Source: Candidatus Micrarchaeota archaeon
Lineage (GTDB): Archaea; Micrarchaeota; Micrarchaeia; Anstonellales; Bilamarchaeaceae
Direction: 5' to 3'
Length of the DNA stretch: 14,452 bases
Assembly: GCA_037440825.1 (NCBI GenBank)
Contig: JBBITJ010000012.1
Span: 1,170 to 15,621, forward strand
In this document: piece after piece, positions 1 through 7,818 of the stretch
Layout of the letters: the number at the start of each line of letters is the position of its first letter
Position numbering within the stretch: position 1 is the stretch's first letter
Notes under the pieces: model-generated
Database searches by the model: none
The model's input: the letters and a program-made list of their open reading frames with translations, nothing else
Told to the model about the DNA's origin: nothing
Translations under genes and position numbers: made by a program

Positions 1-1
1 C

Positions 2-76
2 AAGCTGTGCGGCGACGGGGCTTGCGACAGCGTGGAACTGGCGAATCCGGACCTCTGCCCCAGTGATTGCGGATGA
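2..76 (+). CDS. 3' end of a truncated gene encoding a Cys-rich CGDGxC...CPxDC repeat, probably a surface or secreted protein
   Basis: Manual translation of frame 2 gives KLCGDGACDSVELANPDLCPSDCG*. The TGA at 74-76 overlaps the ATG of the next gene (ATGA). Confidence 0.7.
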   Translation, partial: KLCGDGACDSVELANPDLCPSDCG

Positions 77-606
77 AAATATCCATACTCAGGCTGGGCC
101 ATCGCCTGCCCCGCGACGAACGGATGACCACGCACGTGGCGCTGGTGGCGCGCGCATTCGGCGCAGATGAGATAATCTACGCGGGCCAGCACGATTCCTC
201 GTTCGAGGAGAGCGTGAGGAAGATAAGCGCGGCGTGGGGAGGCAGTTTCCCGGTCTCCTATTCGAAGAATCCCCTCAAGGCAGCGGCGGAATACAAGAAA
301 AACGGCTATTCCATAGTCCACCTCACCATGTACGGCATACCTCTTCCGGAGAAGGTCGAGGAGATGCGGAAGTGCGAGATGATGCTGGTGATCGTGGGGG
401 CTGAGCAGGTCCCGAATGAGTTCTACGGCATTTCAGATTTCAACATTTCAGTGACAAGCCAGCCCCACAGCGAGGTCGCGGCCCTGGCAATAACTCTGGA
501 CCGCCTCATGGGCGGCAGGGAGCTGGAACGGGCTTTCTCGGAAAGATTCAAAGGAACGATATCGATAGAGCCGAGCGAGAGGGGCAAGAAGACTAGAAAG
601 AGCTGA
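73..606 (+). CDS. trm56: tRNA (cytidine(56)-2'-O)-methyltransferase aTrm56 (SPOUT family)
   Basis: Motifs LRLGHR..RD.R.TTHVALVARAFGAD, VHLTMYG, VGAEQVP and NISVTSQPHSEVAALAI. The ATG at 73 is preferred over the TTG at 67 because of the ATGA overlap. Confidence 0.95.
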   Translation: MKISILRLGHRLPRDERMTTHVALVARAFGADEIIYAGQHDSSFEESVRKISAAWGGSFPVSYSKNPLKAAAEYKKNGYSIVHLTMYGIPLPEKVEEMRKCEMMLVIVGAEQVPNEFYGISDFNISVTSQPHSEVAALAITLDRLMGGRELERAFSERFKGTISIEPSERGKKTRKS

Positions 607-1168
607 GCCCGAAGAGCCCCTTGGTCCATCCAACTATTCCGAGCTTCTCCACTCTCTCTCCGGCCAGGAGCATGAAGAGGGGAACGAGCAGCGAGAGTGC
701 CACGGTGAACGCCGGGATGATGCCCAGATCGGCAGCAGTGAGGTAGGGATGCACGCCCAACACATAATCTGCGAAATCGTTGAGCAGGAACCACCCTGCC
801 GCGATGGCGAGATGTTTCTTCTCGAACCGCTTCGCGAAGAACGCGAACTGCGCGGCCATGCCCACATGCTCTACGAGCAGCACCGGCCCGATCCAGTCGA
901 CCATGAAATCCGAAGAATAGTACAGGAGAACGAATATCGTCCATATCCCGTACTTGAGCAGCCCGCTCGCGATTGCGGTGCGGAGCAGCTCTCCTTTCAC
1001 CAATTTCAGGTAGCAGAGCGTCGCGAGGAATATGTAGAGCGGGCAGTCCGGTATGAATATCCAGAGCAGGGGGTTCGCGGCCTTGATCTGCATATAGTAG
1101 AATATCAGGCCCAGCCCGGTTCCGAACAGGTTCGCCGCGGCGAGGACGAAAAGCAGGACGTTTATCAT
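593..1168 (-). CDS. DUF1405 (YpjA-like) integral membrane protein
   Basis: Multi-TM protein with AANLFGT..G..YY..Q, WIFIPDCPLY, KYGIWT and WFLLNDFADY..GVHP motifs. The start at ATG 1168 overlaps the upstream stop (ATGA). The longer ORF to 1594 is a shadow extension. Confidence 0.8.
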   Translation of the reverse strand: MINVLLFVLAAANLFGTGLGLIFYYMQIKAANPLLWIFIPDCPLYIFLATLCYLKLVKGELLRTAIASGLLKYGIWTIFVLLYYSSDFMVDWIGPVLLVEHVGMAAQFAFFAKRFEKKHLAIAAGWFLLNDFADYVLGVHPYLTAADLGIIPAFTVALSLLVPLFMLLAGERVEKLGIVGWTKGLFGLSSF

Positions 1169-1635
1169 CTTATCCGTCTCGCAGGCACGCCCCCGTAGAA
1201 CGCCTTGGGCGGCACATCCCTGTTCACCAGGCTCATCGCGCCCACGCTGGCCCCTTCGCCGATCGAGGTTCCGGGCAGCACCACGCTCCTGGTCCCCACG
1301 AGCGAGTTCGCGCCTATCTTCACCGGCCCGAAACGCAGTTCGCCCTGCACCATCTCGTGCGCGGTTATCACGCACCCGTATCCTATTATCGCGTTCTCCC
1401 CTATTTCTATGAGCTCGGGGTAGAATATGTCCAGCGCTGTTCCAAGAGCTATGAACGCGTTCCTGCCCACCTTCATGCCCGTGAGCCTCAGCACGAAATT
1501 CTTCACCATCGGGTTGGGGCACACCATCGCGAACGAACACGCGACCGTGTTGAGCGCGACCTTTAAGGGGTTCCTGTGCCGAAGCCAGAACCACCAGTCC
1601 CCGTTCCTGAACCTTATGCTTCCGAGCTTCCTCAT
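1165..1635 (-). CDS. Left-handed beta-helix (hexapeptide) O-acetyltransferase, YvoF-like
   Basis: Hexapeptide repeats IEIGENAIIGYG, VKIGANSLVGTRSVVLPG and IGEGASVGAMSLV, with C-terminal DVPP.AFYGGVPAR. The MRK start, KN..LR..GMKVG and D...PE.I.IG....IGY....AHE segments resemble B. subtilis YvoF as I recall it. Confidence 0.85.
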   Translation of the reverse strand: MRKLGSIRFRNGDWWFWLRHRNPLKVALNTVACSFAMVCPNPMVKNFVLRLTGMKVGRNAFIALGTALDIFYPELIEIGENAIIGYGCVITAHEMVQGELRFGPVKIGANSLVGTRSVVLPGTSIGEGASVGAMSLVNRDVPPKAFYGGVPARRIR

Positions 1636-3425
1636 CTCTTCCTACCTCTGTAAACCGGAGCGTTTATGCTCCGTATCTCGCCCACGAGGTGCACGTATGG
1701 CGGCCTGAACCCTGCCCGCTTCCTCTCGTATCGGTATATCTCCTTCCTGAACATTATCTTCTTCACGGTCATCGCGAGATTCCACACGAAAAGCACGGAT
1801 ATCGCCAGCGGAACGATGAAGAACATGCCGAACACGCTGGGCAGCTTGAGCAGCGTCACGGCGAGCGGTATTATCACCGCTATTGCGAACATGAAGAACA
1901 CTATCGCGCTGTCCCTCATCGCGAGGTCGTCCAGGGCGAGGTTATCGCCCATGGCCTTGTGGAACGCGCCTGCCGAGGTGTCCATGAACTTCTTGACCGC
2001 GTAGGCTATGTGCACAAGGGGTATGAGCTCGAGCACGACCGCTATGCCCACCACGTAATCCGCGTAGGCGGGGAACACGCTCCTCATTATGTTGTACGAA
2101 AGCACCGCGGAGACCGCTATGAGCACCACGAACACCATGCTCAGTATGCTCTTGGAGCCCACCTTCATGAACGTCGAATAGACCGAGCCGCTGGGCTCGA
2201 ACTCCCTGAGCACCTCGTCCAGGTAGAGCGACACCCTCTTCGCGGAATCCTTGAGCTTCTGGGGCACGAGCATGCTTATGGCGCCGTCCACCTCCTTCTC
2301 ATAACTCATCAGTATGCCGCCGCCCAGCGCGGTGAGGAACACGAGCGCGGACGTCACGCTCACTATGTCAAACGGCGCGACTATGTTGCGCGTCTGCATC
2401 GCGATGAGCAGCGAAAATTCCCCCACCGCGAGCATGAGCAGCCCCGCGCGCGTGGCGGAATTGCTCCTGTACCCCAGCAGGTACGAGGAGACGTACACCG
2501 CGCCGAACGTGCCCCCTCCGACTATCGCGACCATGATGAGTATCACTCTTAGGTTCTGCACCATGCCATCGATGCTGACAAGCATCCCTATGGACAGGAA
2601 GAAGAAAGCGGAGAACAGCATGCCGAATTTCGAGAGCGTGTCCTGCGTCTTCTTGAAGCCCTTCACCCCGGAGAGCATGTTGCCCGCGAGGAAGGCGCCT
2701 ATGCTCGCCGCGAGCCCTATCGTGGTGGCGAAGAAGCTCATCATTATCGCGAAGCTGAGCGAGAGGAATATCATTATCTCATCGGACTTGTATTCAGCTA
2801 GGTGGTCGAACAGGAACCTTATCACCTTATCCAGCACGAGGTAAGCGATCGTTATCACGAGCATCGCCCTCAGGATGGAGAGCATTATGGAGGTGAAATC
2901 CGAGGCCCCCCCGCCGCTCGCCATCCCGGAATATATCGCCAGCAGGAATACTGCGAGCAGGTCCTCAATGATGAGTACCACGAATATCATGTTCGCCTCC
3001 GCGCTTCCCGAGATGTTCTTCTCGCCCACGAGCTTGATGAAGAATGTGGTCGAGGACACCGCGAGCGCGGACGCGAGCACCACTGCGGTCAGCTCGCCGA
3101 GGCCGAGCAGGAGCGAGAACTCGTACACCAGTACGAATATGAGCGCGTCCTTCACCAGCCACACGACAAGGGACCGTAGTCCGGTCTTGGCCATCTTGCT
3201 TATGCTGAATTCTATTCCGACGAAGAACAGGAGTAGTATCGCGCCTATCTCGGCGAAGATGTTTATGTACTCGTTCCTGGACACGAGCCCGAGCATGTTC
3301 GGGCCCACTATCGCGCCTGCGAGCAGCAGTCCCACCACAGGGGGCAGCCGCAGCCTGAGCGCGAACAGCATGAAGACCACGGACGCGAGGAAAATCAGCC
3401 CGAGCTGAGTCATCATGTCTGCCAT
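1632..3425 (-). CDS. Monovalent cation:proton antiporter, CPA2 (Kef-like) family, with a hydrophobic C-terminal extension
   Basis: Motifs LPPVVGLLLAGAIVGP, AEIGAILLLFFVGIEFS, AVSST, LIIEDLLAV, IGAFLAG, FFFLSIGM and GEFSLLIA. Confidence 0.92.
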   Translation of the reverse strand: MADMMTQLGLIFLASVVFMLFALRLRLPPVVGLLLAGAIVGPNMLGLVSRNEYINIFAEIGAILLLFFVGIEFSISKMAKTGLRSLVVWLVKDALIFVLVYEFSLLLGLGELTAVVLASALAVSSTTFFIKLVGEKNISGSAEANMIFVVLIIEDLLAVFLLAIYSGMASGGGASDFTSIMLSILRAMLVITIAYLVLDKVIRFLFDHLAEYKSDEIMIFLSLSFAIMMSFFATTIGLAASIGAFLAGNMLSGVKGFKKTQDTLSKFGMLFSAFFFLSIGMLVSIDGMVQNLRVILIMVAIVGGGTFGAVYVSSYLLGYRSNSATRAGLLMLAVGEFSLLIAMQTRNIVAPFDIVSVTSALVFLTALGGGILMSYEKEVDGAISMLVPQKLKDSAKRVSLYLDEVLREFEPSGSVYSTFMKVGSKSILSMVFVVLIAVSAVLSYNIMRSVFPAYADYVVGIAVVLELIPLVHIAYAVKKFMDTSAGAFHKAMGDNLALDDLAMRDSAIVFFMFAIAVIIPLAVTLLKLPSVFGMFFIVPLAISVLFVWNLAMTVKKIMFRKEIYRYERKRAGFRPPYVHLVGEIRSINAPVYRGRKR

Positions 3426-3446
3426 GGTTGATTAATCCATCCTATC

Positions 3447-3591
3447 TTTATATTCATTTATGGTTTCGGGTTCAGGGTTTGGGGGTTCGGACCCGCCCCC
3501 ATCCGCTATTTTTCCTCAAACCACCATTTACCCCTAAAAAACACGCTAAAATGGCCATTTCTCCGTCTCGGAGCACCAATAGCCTTAAATA
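3447..3591. promoter_or_regulatory. Divergent archaeal promoter region between the antiporter operon and tfe
   Basis: AT-rich TTTATAT at 3447-3453, about 22 nt before the antiporter ATG. CTTAAATA at about 3584-3591, about 30 nt before the tfe ATG. Confidence 0.5.
3462..3494. repeat. 33-bp G/T-rich heptamer-unit element, copy 1 (intergenic)
   Basis: GGTTTCG GGTTCAG GGTTTGG GGGTTCG GACCC, identical to 8255-8287. Confidence 0.95.
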
Positions 3592-3621
3592 TGAAAAATG
3601 CGCAATAATGGTGTGATTCTC

Positions 3622-4353
3622 ATGTCCAAACGCACAAAGAAATCCAGCATCCGCGCCGCGAAAAAACCGGCCTCCAAATCCTCCGGCAAGCCCGCCAAGG
3701 CGAAGATCGCGAAGAAGAAGGCGGCAATCGCGATGAAAACGAGATCCAAACTCCTGATCAAGAAGTCTGCTGCCAAAAAAGCGCCGAATATCCGGAAATC
3801 CGCGAAGAAGGCGGACATAAAAATCCCGACGCCTCCTGCGCCCCCGGTGAAGAGGGAGATGTCCAAGGAATTGCAGGCGACCCTTTCCAGTGCGCAGGCC
3901 AGGCACTGGCTCATAGAGCTGGGCGGGGAGAACAGCCTCGACGTGATAAGGAACCTCCACGCGATCCCGAACGACGAGGATCTCGCCAAGAAGCTCAAGA
4001 TAAAGGTCTCCGACGTCCGCGCGTCCCTCAACAAGCTGCACAACGAGGGCCTCGTCGCGTACGTGAGGGACAAGAACAATGAGACTGGCTGGTATTCGTA
4101 TTCGTGGGTCCTCAACGAGGACCGCATAAGGAGATGGGTGGGCGACAAGGAGGCGTACCACCACTCTGCATACAAGCCCCAGGAAGGGGTGGACATCTAT
4201 TTCTGCAAGGACTGCGGAGTGGAGCAGAGCGCAATGAAATTTGAGCTGGCTTTCGAGAATTCGTTCAAGTGCCCGAGCTGCGAGTCCGCGCTGGACCTGC
4301 TCGACGAGGCGAAATTCGAGCAGTTCAGAAAGGCCAAGGAAGCCGAGAGATGA
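3622..4353 (+). CDS. tfe: Transcription factor E alpha (TFE/TFIIE-alpha) with a Lys/Ala-rich N-terminal extension
   Basis: Winged-helix segment DEDLAKKL.IKVSDVRASLNKL...GLV.Y.R.K...TGWY.Y.W and zinc ribbon FCKDC...F..AFE..FKCPSC...L. A GGTGTGA SD-like sequence lies before ATG 3622. Confidence 0.9.
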   Translation: MSKRTKKSSIRAAKKPASKSSGKPAKAKIAKKKAAIAMKTRSKLLIKKSAAKKAPNIRKSAKKADIKIPTPPAPPVKREMSKELQATLSSAQARHWLIELGGENSLDVIRNLHAIPNDEDLAKKLKIKVSDVRASLNKLHNEGLVAYVRDKNNETGWYSYSWVLNEDRIRRWVGDKEAYHHSAYKPQEGVDIYFCKDCGVEQSAMKFELAFENSFKCPSCESALDLLDEAKFEQFRKAKEAER

Positions 4354-4357
4354 GCGG

Positions 4358-4762
4358 ATGGCAATCACCGCCTTCGAGCCGGAGCTAAACACCTATCTCG
4401 TCCCATTCTTCCAGGGAAAAATCCTGGTCTTGAAAAGGAAGAACGGTTTCTGGGAGTTCCCGGGCGGCAGCGTGGAGTTCGGGGAGCACCCGGAAAAGGC
4501 GGCCGTGCGCGAGACCAAGGAGGAGACCGGACTTGACGCCAGGAATCTCACCCTCCTTGGCATAACCTCCGCGGTCTATCCGAAAGACGGCACGGAGAAG
4601 CACTCTGTCTATGTCGTCTATAAAGGGGAGGTCGAAAAGCCGGATTTCATAATAAGCGGGGAACACGAGGAAGGCAGGTGGATAACCTTCACCGAGCTCG
4701 GATTCCTCAAGCTCGCGCTCAACGCGCAGGAAGTCGTGGACTTCTTGAAGGCAAAGGAATAG
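4358..4762 (+). CDS. NUDIX hydrolase
   Basis: Nudix box WEFPGGSVEFGEHPEKAAVRETKEETGL. The likely start ATG 4358 lies just after the tfe stop. Confidence 0.92.
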   Translation: MAITAFEPELNTYLVPFFQGKILVLKRKNGFWEFPGGSVEFGEHPEKAAVRETKEETGLDARNLTLLGITSAVYPKDGTEKHSVYVVYKGEVEKPDFIISGEHEEGRWITFTELGFLKLALNAQEVVDFLKAKE

Positions 4763-4808
4763 AGCAAATCAAACAGAATCAAAACAACGATAAAAGAATA
4801 AGAGAAAA
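4763..4808 (-). terminator. Putative oligo-T terminator tract for the minus-strand genes
   Basis: The spacer between convergent genes is A-rich on + and therefore T-rich on -. Confidence 0.4.
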
Positions 4809-5942
4809 TCAACTCCCCTTGGCGCTCACCGAGGCGCAGTACTCTTTCTTGCTGTCATTGATCACGTTTGCGCATAACGAACCGTCGCCTTTCCTTGCGG
4901 CCATCTCCACCCAGCAGTCGTCCTTCAGCCCCGCGTCATCCACCTTCGCGCAGAGGTCGTCCCTGAGCTGCTGCGGCGCAAGTATGAGTATGCACCTGTC
5001 CTTCTGCGTCCCAGCGAGTAGGCACATGTCCGGCTCGTTGTTCTCCGTGGCGAACGTGCGCACGCACATGTCCCTCGTGGCCGCGTTCCTGGCGCACGCG
5101 AGCACGCTCTTCTCCGCGCTCAGCGCGTCGAGGAACAGGGCTTCGGTGGCGTTCGCGTCGACGAGCGCGGGCACCGCGAATTCCCCTGCGTCCGCGATTC
5201 CCCACTTCGCTTCAGCAAGCTTGGTCACGGTGTGCTTCGGCTCGCCCATGAACGAGTAATCCAGCTTTATCGAGAGCACGTCGCTCTCCCCGCTTATGCA
5301 ATATTCGAACCCGTAATTCTTGGAATAGAAGAGCACAGGGTCGTTCGGGCTCATGCCCAGGTTGTTGAGGTCCGCCAGGTTGAGGACAGAATAGTCCAGC
5401 GTGTACTTCACCACGTCGCATTCCTTGCCGCCTTCGCTTCCCTCCTCCACGGTCCCGAACTTTATAGCGCCCTTGTCCACCAGGAGCTTGAACCTCTCAG
5501 CGTCCTTCTCCGCGTGCTGGTCGAAAAGCAGTCCCTCGGACTTGAGGAAACTTGGTTCCAGCGTGGAGTTCACCTCCACCTCGGAGCATGACGTCTGCCT
5601 GCCGAACGATATGCACAGCGCGCGGAGGCTCGAGTTCAGGTAAATCGTCTTCTTGTATATGCTGTTCCGCGTCTCGACTATCGCGAACTCCGGGGAATGC
5701 ACCAACCTCGTGGTCACAGGATAGCCGTCCAAGTCGTCCGTATATTCGTAAGTGTAATTCCCGGTCCCGTATTTCGCCTCCTTCTCCAGGGCCGCCAGAA
5801 CTATCGCGGATGCGTTCTTCCCTTCCGCGCCATGGCTTCCCATCAACCCTGAACCGAGCACGTACACTCCGAACACGAAAACTATTGTCGCGACGATCGC
5901 GAGCGCAGGCATCAAGTAATCCTTCAGTTGCATGCAATTCAC
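4809..5942 (-). CDS. Hypothetical membrane-anchored or exported protein with a C-terminal Cys-repeat domain
   Basis: N-terminal hydrophobic helix (ALAIVATIVFVFGVYVLG), N-x-S/T sequons, and 8 regularly spaced Cys in roughly the last 97 aa. Confidence 0.8.
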   Translation of the reverse strand: MNCMQLKDYLMPALAIVATIVFVFGVYVLGSGLMGSHGAEGKNASAIVLAALEKEAKYGTGNYTYEYTDDLDGYPVTTRLVHSPEFAIVETRNSIYKKTIYLNSSLRALCISFGRQTSCSEVEVNSTLEPSFLKSEGLLFDQHAEKDAERFKLLVDKGAIKFGTVEEGSEGGKECDVVKYTLDYSVLNLADLNNLGMSPNDPVLFYSKNYGFEYCISGESDVLSIKLDYSFMGEPKHTVTKLAEAKWGIADAGEFAVPALVDANATEALFLDALSAEKSVLACARNAATRDMCVRTFATENNEPDMCLLAGTQKDRCILILAPQQLRDDLCAKVDDAGLKDDCWVEMAARKGDGSLCANVINDSKKEYCASVSAKGS

Positions 5943-5957
5943 CTGAAAATCTGTCCG

Positions 5958-7109
5958 CTAACCAGACACTATCTTGATAACATCTCCGTCGTTAAGAATA
6001 TAATCCTTGCCGACCCGCAGGTTCTTCCTCGCGTCCACGGCGGAGATGAAGTTCTTCGCGAGGTCCGTGTGAACCCGCTCGGCGAGCTCCAAGGGGGTGG
6101 AACCCTTGGGTAGCAGGAACACGTTCGGAAGCACAGCCCCCTTCCTGTCGCTCCACTTGTGCTCGTCCTCCACCGGATACGCGGCTATCATGCCCATCAT
6201 GCCGCCCACGACCTTCTCCAGCGCCTCCTGGACCCCGGCGCTCCCCCTCGTCTTGAGGTATTCGGCCATCCTGTCCAGTGCCTTCTTCTGGTCATCGCTC
6301 GCGTTGAGCACCCTGAACTCCGTGGCGCCCGGAACGTAGTCTATCACTCCGGCCTTCGCCGCCTTCCTGAGCGCGAGCTCGTAAGCCGCGGAGCAGAACA
6401 CTATCCTTCCGGCGAACCTCTCGGAAAGCGCCTTCACTGCGGCCGGGTCCGCGCTGTCCACCTTGTTCGCGGCTATGAATATGGGCTTTAGCCTCCTCAT
6501 CTCGTCTGCGAACGCGAACCTCTGCTTCTCGTCCCAGCTCAGGATCTCCGGGAGCCCGAGCTTCTTGACCGCCGCCTCGACCTGCGCCTGCGTCATCTTC
6601 ATCGAAGCGAACACGTCGTAGAGCGCGGACACGGGCTTCCTGTGCACCTTGCCCCAGTTCCTTTCGATTATCCCGTATATCCAATGCGTTATCTCCTTCT
6701 CCAGGAACTCCACTTCCTTGGCCGGGTCGCAGCCTTCGCACGCGTTCCCTTCCAAATCGCTCCTGCCGCTCGCGTCTATCACCTGTATCAGCGCGTCGGC
6801 CTGCCTTATGTCGTCGAGGAACTGCAATCCGAGCCCCTTGCCCAGGTGGGCTTCGGGCACGAGCCCGGCCACATCCGTTATCTGTATCGGAATGAACCTC
6901 ACGCCGTCTATGCACGAGGAATCGCGCGGCTCGCATTTCTTACCCAGCTCAACGTGCGGGCACGGCTTCCTCACGTACGCCATCGCCCGGTTCGGCTCTA
7001 TGGTGGTGAACGGGAACGGGGCGATCTTCGCATCCGCCATGGTGAGCGCTGAGAAGAACGTGCTTTTGCCAGCGTTGGGCTTCCCCACTACTCCAATCAA
7101 AATCGGCAT
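5958..7109 (-). CDS. ychF: Obg-family YchF/Ygr210-like GTPase with a C-terminal TGS domain
   Basis: G1 GKPNAGKST, G2 FPFTTIEPN, G3 DVAGLV, G4 ANKVD, the archaeal CPH...C.P....C insert, and a TGS domain (LAERVHTDL...YILNDGDVIKI). Confidence 0.9.
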   Translation of the reverse strand: MPILIGVVGKPNAGKSTFFSALTMADAKIAPFPFTTIEPNRAMAYVRKPCPHVELGKKCEPRDSSCIDGVRFIPIQITDVAGLVPEAHLGKGLGLQFLDDIRQADALIQVIDASGRSDLEGNACEGCDPAKEVEFLEKEITHWIYGIIERNWGKVHRKPVSALYDVFASMKMTQAQVEAAVKKLGLPEILSWDEKQRFAFADEMRRLKPIFIAANKVDSADPAAVKALSERFAGRIVFCSAAYELALRKAAKAGVIDYVPGATEFRVLNASDDQKKALDRMAEYLKTRGSAGVQEALEKVVGGMMGMIAAYPVEDEHKWSDRKGAVLPNVFLLPKGSTPLELAERVHTDLAKNFISAVDARKNLRVGKDYILNDGDVIKIVSG

Positions 7110-7134
7110 GGAAATCCCTTCCTGCGGGATTAGA

Positions 7135-7190
7135 TTTAAAAAGTCTCATTCAAAAATATGATGCGACGGGTTTAAAATTCGTGTTGAGGT
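7135..7190. promoter_or_regulatory. Divergent promoter region between ychF and pdaD, with TATA-like boxes
   Basis: TTTAAA at 7135-7140 and 7171-7176, and a GAGGT SD-like sequence at 7186-7190. Confidence 0.5.
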
Positions 7191-7193
7191 TTC

Positions 7194-7742
7194 ATGAGTC
7201 TCGTACCAAAAAAAGTCTTCTTCACCAAGGGAGTCGGAAAGAGCAGGGACTACCTTTCATCTTTCGAGAGCGCGCTGCGGGACGCCGGAATAGCGCAGTT
7301 CAACATAGTGAGCGTGTCCAGCATATTCCCTCCCGGGTGCAAGATAATCACGAAGTCCGAGGGGCTCAAGCTGCTCAAGCCCGGGCAGGTGCTCTTCTGC
7401 GTGATGTCCCGCATAGCTTCTGACGAGCCGAACAGGCTGATCGCGGCGAGTGTGGGTTGCGCGATACCCAAGGACAAGAAGAAATACGGCTACCTGAGCG
7501 AGCACCACGCGTTCGGCCAGACCGACGAGAAGGCAGGAGAGTACGCGGAGGACCTCGCAGCCTCCATGCTCGCGACCACCGTGGGATTGCCGTTCAACCC
7601 GGAGCAGGCGTGGAACGAGCGCGAGAAATACTTCAAGATGAGCAAGGAGATAGTCAAGACCACAAACATAACCCAGTCCGCGATCTGCGACAAGAACAAG
7701 ATGTGGACCACCGTGATCGCGGCAGCGGTCTTCATTCTCTGA
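7194..7742 (+). CDS. pdaD: Pyruvoyl-dependent arginine decarboxylase
   Basis: [37 protein letters not shown] (Ser-Ser self-cleavage site), [20 protein letters not shown] and WTTV.AAAV. Confidence 0.95.
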   Translation: MSLVPKKVFFTKGVGKSRDYLSSFESALRDAGIAQFNIVSVSSIFPPGCKIITKSEGLKLLKPGQVLFCVMSRIASDEPNRLIAASVGCAIPKDKKKYGYLSEHHAFGQTDEKAGEYAEDLAASMLATTVGLPFNPEQAWNEREKYFKMSKEIVKTTNITQSAICDKNKMWTTVIAAAVFIL

Positions 7743-7818
7743 TTTAAAAAACCGGGCTTCGCATCAGCTCAAAACACGAAACCTGCAATCGCCATATGTT
7801 TTCTGCAGGCCGCCTTAG

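Noticed and set aside
593..606. 14-nt convergent overlap of trm56 and the DUF1405 gene
   Set aside because: Short tail-to-tail overlaps are common in compact archaeal genomes.
1169..1594. N-terminal extension of the 333-aa ORF 593..1594
   Set aside because: It overlaps the acetyltransferase in another frame and has shadow-like composition. The DUF1405 similarity begins at Met 1168.
1666..3408. Long plus-strand ORFs antisense to the antiporter, and similar antisense ORFs elsewhere such as 3472..4392, 13070..13870 and 11325..12119
   Set aside because: They are shadow ORFs expected from GC-rich codon bias opposite well-supported genes, and they show no recognisable motifs.
5845..5855. AACCCTGAACC matching part of the reverse complement of the 33-mer
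   Set aside because: It is only 11 nt, has no extended periodicity, and lies in ordinary coding sequence.
7782..7809. CCTGCA...TGCAGG inverted repeat between pdaD and the orphan
   Set aside because: It is only 6 bp with a 16-nt loop, which is compatible with chance.
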